From Azolla caroliniana (Eukaryota; Plantae; Polypodiophyta): a stretch of 64,000 nt of DNA. The DNA lies in contig JBHGNT010000001.1 in assembly GCA_043228905.1 (NCBI GenBank), forward strand, positions 14,570,001-14,634,000, in the 5' to 3' direction. Each line of letters begins with the position of its first letter. The stretch's first letter is position 1. The position numbers were made by a program, and so were the translations under genes. The notes under the pieces are model-generated. The model ran no database searches, was not told the DNA's origin, and saw only the letters and a list, made by a program, of their open reading frames with translations. Shown in pieces: positions 13,749-26,325 of the stretch.

Positions 13749-13913
13749 ATGAAATGGGAGGGATGCATACAAGTTAGATTTCTCATATTTGTTTTTGAGG
13801 ACGAAAACTATTTGTGCAAGGAGGCAATAATGTGAAGGCTATAATGGTTCAATATGACAATCATATAGGCCTAGGGGTTTGTATATAAAACACCCATCTC
13901 TCAAAACTAGGAC

Positions 13914-15425
13914 ATGGTGAGAGATGACTATAGATTGAAGTGTTGGAAGGAGATTCAATGTCATGTTGTAGTCATCGTTTGTAGGTCGATGATTACACAC
14001 ATCATGGTGTCCTCAACATTGTCACCTCATAAGTATGGAGACCCACAAAAGGCTAGGTATTATAGAATGGAATGCCAACACCATTTTGGGTATAGATGGC
14101 TGGCTGACCAGAGAGCAGTTAGACCAGAAGCATTAATCCACAATCTAACAAGTTGGACCAGAGGATACTTGTTTGGGATTGGAGTTGTTGACTTGAAGTT
14201 AGGGAGAAATGCTTACCCTACCTACCCTATGCTATTTTGAAGACCCTAGCTCAGAGGAGCCAGAATCAAGTAGAATTGGTTTAAGGATGTAGTTACCTTT
14301 CGACCATGGCGGAAGAAGGTCCACACTAAACACATCCAGACAGAAGAAACTATCATCCATGTTGCGACCGCTACATTTAGGAGGCCTGAACATGGTTGAT
14401 GAACAATGATGATGAAAGTGACAAATTATAATGACTTGAGGATCCTTAGTATTGACATGTGAAATTGATGTACTAAAGGTAGCCCAAAAATATGTGATCA
14501 TTAGTCAAGACAAAGACATATGTATAGGAAAGAGTTTAAACCAATGAAAGCAAAAGCAAAAGCAAAAGGCCATGTGCAGGAAAATAGCCCAGAAGAACAA
14601 GAAGGAATCAACATTATACTACTTGCAAATGATGCATGGGAGTGTGGGATGAAGGTGATGCAAAGGGTTCAAGAATCAGAACTGAAGGAGATCGATGTAA
14701 CATCTGAACCAGAATCGCTTGAGATAACAAAGGACCTCCGAAAAGAATTTTGAACCAAGTTAAGTTGGTCAAAGTACTAGAAGAGTACCAAGATGTGTTT
14801 GCATGAACCTATACGGGTATGCGAGAACTCTATCCTAGCTTCTATCAACACATGATCTCATTGTAGGATGATATGGCACCGATTTGATAACAAAGGTACT
14901 AGATGAAACCTTAAATCACATAGCACTTCTAAAAGAAGAAATTGACAAATTACTGAAAGTTGGGTTCCACCAAACCGGCTAAGAGAGTGATGTTGTCATC
15001 GTGCCAAAAGAAAATGCAAACTCCAAAGTTTTGTGGATTACATAAAATTACATGAAACTACCATCTCAAATCCATTCCCTTACATTTATTGATGAAGTTC
15101 TCGATGACTTGGTTGGCCATGAGCTGTACTCATTTACGGATGGATCGAGTGGCCAAGCGTAAACCCAACCAAATTTGCTTTTGTTGTGTCAAGTGGAATG
15201 CTGCTTGGACACATTGTCAGCAAGAATGGAATTATGTAATTGACCCAACAAGGTTACCAGTAATTATGGAAGCACCAAGCCCTAACAATGCTAGAGATCT
15301 TGGTAGGTTTTTGGGAAAAGTGCATTGGCCTAGTTGAGTATTGCAATATGTGGCAGATGTAGCGAGTCCCCTACATTTAGCTACCCACAAAGAAAAATTT
15401 GAATGGATAGAAGAATGCACGAAAG
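13914..15425 (+). pseudogene. Degenerate Athila-like Gypsy protease/RT remnant
   Basis: RPEALIHNL...AYPTYPML protease tail, DEVLDDLVGHELYSFTDG RT fragment and RFLGKVHW, similar to the Athila-like pol at 54131-55900. Truncated near 15425. Confidence 0.65.
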
Positions 15426-15630
15426 ACGCCCACATCTTTGTACATCAGATATTGCCATCGGTAGCATATTGTACCTCATTTAAAGAGCAATCAATTCAAC
15501 ACTATTTCGATTCGTATACAACCTAGATGTGTCAACAACAAAAGAAATAGTTTGACATTCTACCTACCAAAATTTTATCCAAATCTTAGATAATGTCTTG
15601 AAGTCCATGCAAGTATAATTGTATCACCAA

Positions 15631-15754
15631 TCATTTTACATACTATGAAAATCATACCCCACTGAATAAGTGACTTCTGCTAATTTAGTCACTTCATTTT
15701 ACATTATATCAAAATCATACCCCATTAAATAAGTGGCTTCTGCTAATTTTGTCC
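15631..15754. repeat. Imperfect 63-bp tandem duplication
   Basis: TCATTTTACAT...AAAATCATACCCC...AATAAGTG(A/G)CTTCTGCTAATTT starts at 15631 and again at 15694. Confidence 0.8.
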
Positions 15755-16201
15755 ATATATTTATATAAAAAACATCTTAAGGAAATTGTGAAGGTTTTAG
15801 TTATGAGATACTATTATGTCGAGAGAAGTATTCCAATGACACATGACACATGACACTGTCAATGTGGAAAGAACCCATACACAATAACTTGCCAATTATA
15901 TTAACAAATGTCAAAGTATACTTTTAGATTCAAGAATACTCCAAACAAGAATGGAGACCAAAGGCAACATGCACACATACTAATTATACTTAAACTTTAA
16001 GTTCAACAAGACTTACAACGCTTTATACATAAACTCAAATTGTATATTAAAGGAGACTTTTACAATTAGTCATGTTCAAAAGCCATATGCATTTAATCTA
16101 ATAGTAAGTCTGGTAAGGGGGGCTCTTCAAGATTAGTTATTTGTTCAAGATTATCCTTGTTGGCATCTTTTGTATTCTCAGTAGAATCATGTGTATGTTT
16201 G

Positions 16202-16499
16202 TGTTGGAGACAAGGTCGTCTATGCGGAAGATTAAGAAGCACTCGATTCTGTTCTGTACCTGCGTATGACAGTTTCTAGGTCGTTGCACAGAGATAGAGA
16301 GAGAGAGAGAGAGGCACAAAAGACTCTTTATTCCATAAAGCAAATAATACAACACCCAACCTTACAAAGAGGTTACTAGGTCACTTTATATAGTGACCGA
16401 CTTAGGGCAACTACCCTTTACGCTAATTACACAAATGGCCCAAACTAGAGCTATACAAGGGATAGTGTGAATACGTCCATTATACACTTGTATTCGACA
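16202..16499 (-). repeat. Copia-2 3' LTR
   Basis: Repeat of 21337-21634; contains a (GA)n tract. Confidence 0.95.
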
Positions 16500-16692
16500 C
16501 TCCCCCGTAATGGGCGTATACATGGGTTATCTAAGATTACAGGTATGAACCTAGGTTCTCGGACATATCAGTTTTGTTCGAGTCGGCAGGGTCCGAAGGC
16601 AGAAGACCGGACTGGTCGGGTCGGAAGAGTTGACGCCGATCATTAAGGAACTGATGTCGGTTGTCGGAAACCATCCTGCGCTATGTCCGGCT

Positions 16693-19600
16693 CTAACCGG
16701 ACTGGTTTGTCGTTACGCCCATCTGATGCCGAAGGGACCGAAAGCGGTCTGCCGAAAGACACTTGGTCATTCCATCTGCGACATTGTCGGTTGTGGATAT
16801 TTTCTCTAGACCGATTTTCCCTGAAATGACGCAGTCCCGAACGAAGTGATATCGAACGTCGATATGTTTGGAGGCGTTGTGGTGAACCGGATTTTTCGAC
16901 AAGGCAACAACACCTTGACTGTCGCTGTAGACAACTGGAGCCGAGTCATGGTCGACTTGCCGAAACGTGTGCGCCAGCCGGCCGAGCCACAAAGCTTCTT
17001 TTGCAGCGTCGGACGCAGCTACATATTCAGCTTCAGTCGTTGAGGTCGCTGTGCACTCCTGAAGTTTCGACTTCCACGAAATTGCTCCATTGCCGAATTT
17101 GAAGCAGTATCCGGTTGTTGATTTCCGACTGTCTATACAGCCGGCGAAGTCCGAGTCGGTGTAACCGACTACGCCTGAGGTTGAGTTCGGGCCGAAAAGA
17201 ATGCCGTGGTCTTTTGTGCCAGCTAGATATTTGAACACATGCTTGACTGCGTTCCAATGCGATCGGCCAGGATTGTGCATAAATCTGCTAACGACTCCTA
17301 CGGCATGAGAAATATCAGGCCGTGTCGCGACCATCAGGTACATAAGGGAGCCGACTGCCGGTGCATACGGTACCGACTTCATATCTTCCCCCTCCGGACC
17401 GGATGTCGGGCAGTCTCGCTGAGAGAGCCGAAGATTCATGGGGAGCGGGGTTGAAGCAGATTTGGCTGATTGCATGTTGAAGCGTTCCAAGACACGTCCG
17501 ATATAGTCGGTCTGAGACAAAAAAAGATGTCGTTGATCGCGATGCCGACTAATCTTCATGCCAAGTATGTGTCGTGCCGGACCGAGGTCCTTCATGGCAA
17601 ACTTCAACCGCAGTTGCCGAATGAGATCGACAAGTTCGCCCGCGTGGCGTCCAGAGATTAGCATGTCGTCCACGTAAATGATGAGGAAGATGGGTGATCC
17701 ATCTTGAGCTGTGTTGGTAAAAAGACAATGGTCCTCATCGCTTTTTGAGAAGCCGATCGATTGGATGAAGTCATCGAACTTCTTGTACCATTGTCGCGGT
17801 GCCTGTTTGAGGCCGTATAGACTCTTCCTGAGTCGGCAGACTAGATGTTCTTGGCCAGTGGCCACGAAGCCTTTTGGCTGCTCCATATAAATTTCCTCTT
17901 CAAGATCACCATGGAGGAAGGCTGTTTTGACATCTAGCTGAATCAGCTCCAAGTTGTCGGCTGCCACTACGCCGAGTAGAAAACGAAGGGTTGTCATTTT
18001 CACCACTGGTGAAAAAATCTCGTCGAAGTCGACGCCATATTCTTGTCGGAAGCCCTTCGCAACTAATCTGGCCTTGTACTTTGGGGTGGTCGAATCAGAC
18101 GTCTCTTTTAGTCGATAAACCCACTTGCAAGGAAGAGCACGTCGGTTCCTAGGTAATTCGACCAGATCCCAAGTCTTGTTTGCCCGAATGGAGTGCATTT
18201 CCGACTCCATCGCCAGATGCCAGGTGGCGGAATCGACAGATGTCGATGCTTCTTCGTAAGACGTCGGTTCGCCGGCGTCGGTGAAGAAAATTCCAGGAGA
18301 ATACCTCTCCGGTGGTTGCGACAGTCTCTCGGATCGTCGAGGTATGATTGGACTGGTCGCATCGGGTATCGAGGTCGGATGATCCGAAAGCGAATTATTC
18401 TGCTGTGCCGAGTCGGAGTTGTCCGAGTCGGTAGTGGAAGGTTCAGCTACCCGTGAAGCTGACCGTGTGTTAAGAGCGGGGCCTTCTTGAAGGGTCGGCA
18501 CATCGGAAAATGTGACCCTTCGGACTTCGATCGGTGTTTTGACTGATGGATTCATAGCCGACTCGTTGAACACAACGTCCGAACTTCGGACGATTTGTCT
18601 GCGTTCGGGATCCCAGAGTCAGTATCCCATTTCGCCGTCGGATCCATATCCAAGGAAAATGCATTTCCTGGACCGAGGTGCAAGTTTTCGGCGATCATCT
18701 TTCAGAATAAGGGCGTACGCCTCGCATCCGAAGATCCTCAGCTTGTCGTAATTCGGCTTACTGCCGATCCATAGTTCCTGAGGAATTTGAAGTCCTAGAG
18801 GTCTGCTTGGCGACATATTGATTATGTGTACTGCCGTGAGTAGAGCCTCTGCCCAGAAGCCATCCGACAGTCCGGAGTGTTGGAGCATGGAAACTATCCG
18901 TTCTTGGATTGTCCGATTCATGCGTTCGGCAATCCCGTTTTGCTCCGGACTGTGTGGTGCCGTAAATTCACGTCGGATGCCGCGTTGTCGGCAGAATTTG
19001 ACGAATTCTTCTGATTTGAACTCTCCCCCATTGTCGGTCCGAAAGCATTTCAGTTTGCGGTCGGTTTGATTTTCTACCATAGCGAGCCAATCGGAGAAGA
19101 TCGAGAAGACACGATCTTTGGTGCGAATTGGATAAGCCCACACCTTTCGAGTCGAATCGTCAATAAAACTGACGAAGTAAGAGGCACCGCCGAGAGACTG
19201 ATGCGGCATTGGGCCACAGACGTCCGAGTGGACCAAATCGAGAGGTCTCGTTTCTCTTGGTGCTGATGTCGGGTGTGATGCGGCTACTTGTTTGCCATAC
19301 TGGTAATGCTCGCAGAATTGATGGTCGGAGAAGGAGAGTTTAGGGATGTATCCGGCTCTAGATAGATGCGTAATGCCGGCCTTGCTGAGGTGTCCTAATC
19401 TTCTGTGCCATAGTGATGACACAGGAATATCCACCAAAAACAGGTTACCCTCTCTGAGCGTAACATGTAACGGATACAGTGAGTGTATCTTGGGTCCTCT
19501 AGCAAGCAGGAGGTTCCCCCTGTGGAGTGTCCACCCTCCCGAAGAAAAACCGGCACGAATGCCGTCTTCATCTAGTTGTCCGACTGAGATCAATGGCCTT

Positions 19601-20724
19601 GAGAGCTCGGGTACATGTCGGACATTGTGAAGTACAAGTGTAGAGCCACCTGCAAGGTTGAGCTCTACTGTGCCGATTCCAATGATGTCACAGTGTTGCG
19701 AGTTACCGACTCGAACTGAGTCGGAGTGACGGATCGTATATTGCCGAAATTGGGATCGATGAGGAGTCACGTGAAATGACGCGCCCGAATCTAAGAGCCA
19801 TGTGCTCGATTCTTCAGTCGTGAGCAGAACTTCTGATCCGACTGGATTTTCGATTGATAGTATATTCGGGTCGTTTGGTAGCACATCAGCTGAGAAGTTG
19901 ACGTAATTGATCTCCTCATGCCGGCCACTCTTCTTGTCTGATCTCTGAGACTTGTCGTTCTTGTTCTTGAGTGCGAGGCAGTCGGCTTTGATGTGTCCGG
20001 GTTTCTTGCAATAGTTGCAGATTCGATTATCCCGTGACTGGCTCCGTCTTCGCTGATTGTTCGGCGGCCGTGAGGAATCTCTTCCTCGTATGTTCGATCG
20101 GTCTGTCGAACCTTGTACTACGTAAGCGTCGTCTGTTGAGTCTTTGGCGAAAGACTTTCTCCGAGCTGCTTCGGTCAGGATTGCGCTCGTGACTTCGGAG
20201 TATTTAACAGCCGTGGTTGACGCGTTGCACACGGTTGTGACGAAAGTTTCCCATGATGAGGGAAGGCTGCTCATGAGTATCATTGCTCTGAGTTCATCCT
20301 CGATTGCCGTCCCCTGTGACGAGATTTGGGAGCTTATGCTTTCGTACTCATTGAGGTGTGCTTGAACCGAATCGGATTCTTTCATCCGCAAGTTGTAGAG
20401 GCGCCGGATCAGAAACATCTTCGTTGCAGCGACCTTCTTTTCGTAGGTGTCCGACAGTGTTTTCCACAGTTCGAATGCTGTCGTACACGATTGCACTGTA
20501 AAGTATACCGATTCCGATAGGTGCATCCGAATCGTGGCGCGGACGATTCTGTCCAGCTTCTGCCACTCAATTGGTTTGTATCCTTCTGGAGGTTCTTCAT
20601 TTTCGATGGGATCGATTTGCCCCTTGACTATGAGATAGTCCTGCATTTACTCCTTCCAGAAGTTGAAGTTCGATCCATCGAACTTTCGTAGACTCATTTC
20701 TGACGAGCCGGATGTTGATGCCAT
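16693..20724 (-). pseudogene. gag-pol: Copia-2 gag-pol polyprotein, single frame with two premature stops (near 20648 and at 18619)
   Basis: MASTSG..KFDGSNFNFWKE*, CNYCKKPGHIKADC, WLLDSGASFH, VHSDVCGP, QLDVKTAFLHG, YVDD, TDSDFAG, KHIDVRYHF. Confidence 0.95.
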
Positions 20725-21336
20725 CAGATTTGGTTTCGGTTGACGAAGCTCGGTTCGGAGTTGACTACGAACCTTGTTGGAGTGCAGCCGGTTGGCTCAC
20801 CCGATATCGTTCTAGTCGGATTTGAACCCGAGTCGGTTCGGCTTCGGATATATGTATTGTTGAACTTGCTCGAATTGACTCCGGTAACTTGAGGGACAGA
20901 ACCGACTGGTCTTCCCGAATGTTGCCGAGTCGGAGTGAGCCCGGTTCGCTTCCGAATATATATGCCAAATACCGATTATTGAAACCGATTGTCTGGACCG
21001 ATTCTGCTTCGGGTGGCTGCAGCGACGAGAGAGACGGATCCAACTGATCCTCCCGAATGTCGATCAGCCGGATGAAACACGAATTTGGGTTGTTGTCCTT
21101 GAAGTCGTCGTTGTGCAGGAAGCCCACCTCAAGCAGTTACGATCAGGGAAGTAGAGTACAGCCGACTGGCTTACTCCGAGTGATGATCTAACGCAGCGAG
21201 ATTCAAGCTTGTGTTTGCCTACTTTCTTTTTCTTCTCTCTTCTTCGAATGACGCAGGAAACCGAATGCTGTGCAGGCTGAGACGACGTCCGACAGCGGAT
21301 TGAGGGACCGAATACTGTGCAGGCTCTGATACCAGA

Positions 21337-21634
21337 TGTTGGAGACAAGGTCGTCTATGCGGAAGATTAAGAAGCACTCGATTCTGTTCTGTACCTGCGT
21401 ATGACAGTTTCTAGGTCGTTGCACAGAGATAGAGAGAGAGAGAGAGAGGCACAAAAGACTCTTTATTCCATAAAGCAAATAATACAACACCCAACCTTAC
21501 AAAGAGGTTACTAGGTCACTTTATATAGTGACCGACTTAGGGCAACTACCCTTTACGCTAATTACACAAATGGCCCAAACTAGAGCTATACAAGGGATAG
21601 TGTGAATACGTCCATTATACACTTGTATTCGACA
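21337..21634 (-). repeat. Copia-2 5' LTR
   Basis: Adjacent to the PBS; repeat of 16202-16499. Confidence 0.95.
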
Positions 21635-22105
21635 GTTTGGACTCTGAAACGTCTTCTAAGTCCACAAGGTCCCCTATTTCATCATCAATAGGTTCCATTG
21701 GTTCTCTTGAAGTCATCTGGAACATCTCTATTTCATTTATATGTTTTTCCTCGACTTCTTGGTCTTGATCGGGACAATCCCAGATACCTTGGATCCTCAT
21801 TTTGATGAAGTTCACTTGCTCAGGGTCCTTCTCCAAAGCAACAAAGTTCCTGAACATCTTTAATGCACATATTGTAGTAGTACCTGATAATAAAATGAAA
21901 TTGTACATGTTTAAATAAACTGAATGATGCATTATACGTTAGTTAATCCAAATTAATGATATAAGTTATATTATATACATGTGCTAGAGAACAAATCTAA
22001 AACCCAATCATCAGGGTTTGAAATAGCTCGATTAGCCGATTAATCAATCTTTGTGGTTTTCGGTAGGGGTTCACCAAAATCTTATCGCAATATACATGGT
22101 GTGGC

Positions 22106-22340
22106 TGTTGGCATAAAAGGCCGACTCCTTCCACTTTGTATCCTAGTGTGAACTCGTCCACATAGTTAGGGCTTAGTATATAAGCAATAACCTAACGTTG
22201 TAAAGGCCCATCTTCTTGATCATATATCGTAAATTGATTCTCTGAGAGAGAGACACAGAGAACATAATAGAGCTTCCATTAAAGCTTCAATATGTGTATA
22301 TCTTTGCTTCTCTTTCTGTGTTGTTTTCTGAGTACTAACT
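22106..22340 (+). mobile_element. Probable old solo LTR within a methyltransferase intron
   Basis: TGTTGG start, TATATAA box, GA tract and LTR-like U5 end (..TACTAACT). Putative TSD has two mismatches. Confidence 0.35.
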
Positions 22341-23503
22341 GAGACAGATCGTCATACGTTTCCGCATATACTTACACTTCAGTAGCTTCTTTGTCACCGT
22401 TGGGCACATGATATAGTTCACAACATTTCTTTCATTTACATGTGCCTGAACTTTCTTCTTTGTAATTGCATCATAGTACCCCACACAAAGATGTTCTATG
22501 GCACTCACCATTTGATCTCTAGGGCTATGTGTGATATTTGTTTTAATAATATTAAACATCATACATTCATGTTAAAAATACATTTTGCAACATATAAAAA
22601 GAACATATACAATAGTAAATGAAAACAAATGTAGCTTATCAATGCATATGTTCTACCGCATGATATCTAGACTTCAAAGCATTTGTGATTGATAATGATT
22701 GCCCCATGCAATGAAATATGATGATCCTCCACAATGGTGCAAGGGTCAATTCTGCGAAGTCTTTCACCATTTTCTTGATCTAGGGATATTTATATCACAC
22801 ATCACCATTCATGGATCCTGTGATTTGGAATCCATGCGGAATGTCAGCGATAAGTAAAGTATAGTGCCTCTTGGGTAATATGTTTAGCACATTACCCACT
22901 TCCCCATTAAATACACTATAATACAATTGACAAAAAGGGTCGGTTCTGTGTAAAAAACTTTTGAAAGTCTCAGAATCTTCAGGCACTTCCAACTCCTTTC
23001 CTTTCGTCATTCTCTTTTCATACTTCGCTCATTCTAAATGCGTTGTCGTGAAGATCCGTCACTACGCGCGGATCGTGAGGCGGAACCGCCGGGGTTCTGG
23101 ACCGGAAGGATTCAAAGTCGGTACAAGTTTTGGCGCAAGCTTTAGCGAGAAAGTACTTAAGATAGATTGGGAAAGAGAGAAGTTGAGATTACACGATTGA
23201 GAGAGATTGACTGAACTTTTAACTTTAGATTTAAGAAACAAGTTACACGATCAATTTGATAACGAATTTCTTCCTCTTAATTTTCATAAAAAATAACGTG
23301 TTTTTTCTCCTCCCCCTTCCTTCTTTTATAGATGCTCTCATGCATATGATGCATGTGAGGGTACAAGACATACATAAATTGCATGTTTGCCATTTGGCGC
23401 TTACGTATTACATGTGGTGCATGATAACCATGTCACTCATTTTAGCTCTCATGTATGAGAATTTACATGTAAAAGTACAATGATAGAAATATAATTACAA
23501 CTA

Positions 23504-23575
23504 AATAGCATGGCTTAATGGTAATCCAATTGACTCCTAACTTGGAGGTGCAAGGTTCGAATCCTTACTTGCCCT
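23504..23575 (+). promoter_or_regulatory. tRNA-like A-box/B-box (Pol III internal promoter) in LTR
   Basis: TGGCTTAATGG at 23511 and GGTTCGAATCC at 23554, with tRNA spacing and a T-stem. Confidence 0.7.
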
Positions 23576-23622
23576 CCTTGTATATGTAAATATGTATATA
23601 TATTTATATATTTATTTATCTA

Positions 23623-23885
23623 GTCGCCGGACGCCGGTTCGCCGGATGCCGTCATCGGTTGCCGCCGGATACCCGTGCCGTCGCCGGATGCCGTCGGTTA
23701 CCGCCGGATACCGTCGTCTCACCGGCGCCGGATACCGGTGCTGCCGCCGGATACCGTCGTCTCACCGGCGCCAGATACTGGTGCCGTCGCCGGTTGCCGC
23801 CGGATACCGGCGCCGCCGTCTCACCGGTGGATACCGGTGCCGGATACTGGTTGCCGCCGGATCACCGGCTCCATCGCCGGTCTGG
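23623..23885. repeat. GC-rich minisatellite (GCCGCCGGATACCG / CGTCTCACCGG units)
   Basis: Many interleaved degenerate copies inside an AT-rich LTR. Confidence 0.85.
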
Positions 23886-26325
23886 TTTTGGTTGGCCAAA
23901 ACCCTTTACGAGTAGTTAGCCCACCTCTACTCTTAGTTCAAGTTACCTTGAACTCTCTATGCTCCACACATAGACACAAAGATAATATCTTTTGCTCTAC
24001 CTTATATATGATGAGAGCCGTATTTGTCGTGCCTATGTGGGATATCTCACAATTTTCTCTTTTCCTTTCACAAACTTTATACCCTCATATATTGACATTT
24101 AGTTGTCCGTTTCTCGTGTAATAAAGTGCATTCGAAACCTCCATCATTTTGTACTTAGATATTAAATTTATTTAAAATGTTATCTTCACAATTATTGTAT
24201 TATGTGATTCATACTCGATTTCGTATGTTTTATGGGATTTTCACAGTATTGCTGAAAATCTTCACGACAACGTAATAAACGAGCTTTGTATACCTTCTTT
24301 TCTCCAACTTTTTGGAGTGAGTCTGTTTTTGCAATTATGTATTTGATTAGAGAAAATCACTATAAACAGTTCAATTAAAAGTTTAAAGACACATACCCAT
24401 TCTCTAAATACAATAAAGAATTCCATTCACTAGGCATGCTTGTTCTACCTCCTCCCATGTAGGTAGGGATAGTTTCTTCATCATCAACTCCTAAATCTTC
24501 ATGTACACTTTATGGCTACAAACCAAAAAAATCACTGGTCAATCATCAAAGCAAAACAAGAAGCTAACAATTTCAATAACCTATCAATATACTTCTAAAA
24601 CTCAGTAACCATCTCTTCCAAGCTAAACTCCTTGGCAGTTACTCGTGAAAGTACAGATATTAATAACCTCTCGTCTTTAATGCCTTGTAAAGACCGCCAA
24701 GGGAGTAACTTAATGTCTTCGGGGAGCTCCTCGATTATCAAATCACTTTTATGTGATTTTGATTTCATCTCCACGTGTGGATCCACTTTTGGCTTCTTTG
24801 ACCGTCGACCTTTCACCTCTTTCCGCTCCCACATACTAAATATTTTATCTTGCAAATCCCACACCTCCCCTGTTCTAAAAGTTACCTAAAACCACGAATC
24901 ATATTTCCTCAATCCTTCTAACTTTGTGCGTTCATCTATAGCTATCCCCACCTCCAATAAACATTGGAGATGCAGTCCAAGATGTGGCCCGGGACCATAT
25001 CTTTGTAATGCATCAAGGTACTCGTGATGAAAGAATCTTATGCGTTCTATACAAGACATGTTTTTGTTTGTAATCATTGTCATTATTATGGTCCCAGGCA
25101 AATAACTTTGCCTCTTCATGAGTTAGACCTGTGTACACCTTACATTCTGCGTACTTGAAGAATGGGGTTAGCAAATATTCTTTGAAAAGTTGATGTCTCG
25201 CTTCTACTGAATGAGATCCTCCTATGACATAGTATGTATAATCATCACCAGAACTATACTTGAAATCTGCAGTTGTGGGGCATTGTTGCATGGGGATTGA
25301 TCTTCATTTTACTTTTTTGATTTTGGACGTGGGCGGCATGGGGCTCTTGGATTTCAAGTGGGCGTCTTCTGGTCACAAGATCCATTGGAGGCCTTTGAAT
25401 CGAACAGATTGGCAAGTGAAAATGCAGGCCTTTATGTACTAGCATTGTCTTTACAATATTCTCTCTTATTCGATTTTTCTCTAAGGTTAGTATTCTTGAT
25501 GACATTTGTCCTCCCGGAGGTGAAATTTCGAGCTGTTGCTCCTCATCCTCCTCCACGAACTCCACTACGTCTAGTTCGTCGTCATCAAGTTTTGGTCGTT
25601 TTTTTTACTTTTTCTATTCTAGTTTTGACTTCCGAGATTTCTTTGGAGGTGTCTCTGCCTCTACAATCATTAGCTTCCGTGTAACGTAAGGACGAAGAGC
25701 CATTATTATATTATTTTTAGTTTGAATATCTTTTCGTAAAACTTAGGAGTGCAGCACTCTGCCACCAAGTTGCCTTCATCAAGTAGAACATGTCTAGCAC
25801 CCCCGGAGCTTTCTACATCAAGGATAAAATTAGGAGAATCACAATTTTCGTACTCAATATTTTGGAGTTTTCCATATGTGAAGGTCTTGCCTAACTCCAA
25901 TTTGCCTTTTCCTGGAGACATTGCGAAAATGAGTAGTAGCACCCCATCTTCCTCCACGTAAACCAAATTCCATTCGAGGTCTGCTTAGTTTTTCACTTTT
26001 AGCTCTTGGGAATTTTCTTCCAACAACTTCATTGTATTCCCTATGGAAGATTTTGAAGTGCCGTCACCGCCAGACTTGAAGAGCGTCTTGCGGGACTTGT
26101 CTTGTAAGATGTTGTTCGAGCCCCTTTTAATTAGGGACCGTATCTTTAGCTTGAAGGCTGAGACTTCTTGATGTGGCTCACTAAAATAAAATAAAATATT
26201 TAAGGAATTACTTAAAATAGAGAAAATTGTATAATTTTTGTAAAAATATATGTCTATATATAGAAAATAGGATATATTTTTGTCTTAAAATTGAGTTATT
26301 TTAATGTTATTTTCAATGGGAATCT

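Larger units (their letters stand above)
16202..21634 (-). mobile_element. Ty1/Copia (Tnt1-like) retrotransposon Copia-2, full length, recent
   Basis: 298-bp LTRs with no mismatch seen. TSD GTTTG at 16197-16201 and 21635-21639. Minus-strand PBS TGGTATCAGAGC at 21323-21334 and PPT at 16500-16507. Confidence 0.97.
23044..24269 (-). mobile_element. Solo LTR related to the Trp-primed Gypsy family
   Basis: Perfect 12-bp inverted termini TGTCGTGAAGAT...ATCTTCACGACA. Flanks GCGT/ACGT. End region GGAACCGCCGGGGTTCTGGAC resembles the LTR at 37691. Confidence 0.8.
16093..26150 (-). pseudogene. Multi-exon ParB-like / beta-class N4-N6 DNA methyltransferase fusion gene, disrupted by Copia-2 and solo LTRs
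   Basis: YYVIGGSHSVEAR ParB/Srx-like motif near 25220. LLIADIPHG motif IV at 22831-22857. KTN..SAIEHLCVGYY near 22500. VNPYRKPQRLINRLIELF[S]NPDDWVLDLFSST motif X/I at 21982-22075. GTTTICALKMFRNFVALEKD at about 21886-21825. Acidic tail rejoins across Copia-2 to a stop at 16093. Confidence 0.8.

Noticed and set aside
23504-23575. Functional tRNA genes here and at 31479, 35339, 38236, 59245
   Set aside because: Anticodon and acceptor stems do not pair properly. All lie inside LTRs, so they are reported as tRNA-like promoter modules.
23592-24121. Three overlapping Arg/Pro-rich ORFs
   Set aside because: Artefacts of a stop-free GC-rich minisatellite.
21640-25565. Bacterial or phage contamination as the source of the ParB-MTase
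   Set aside because: The gene is split by intron-like segments and by plant LTR elements with TSDs, so it is integrated in the eukaryotic genome.
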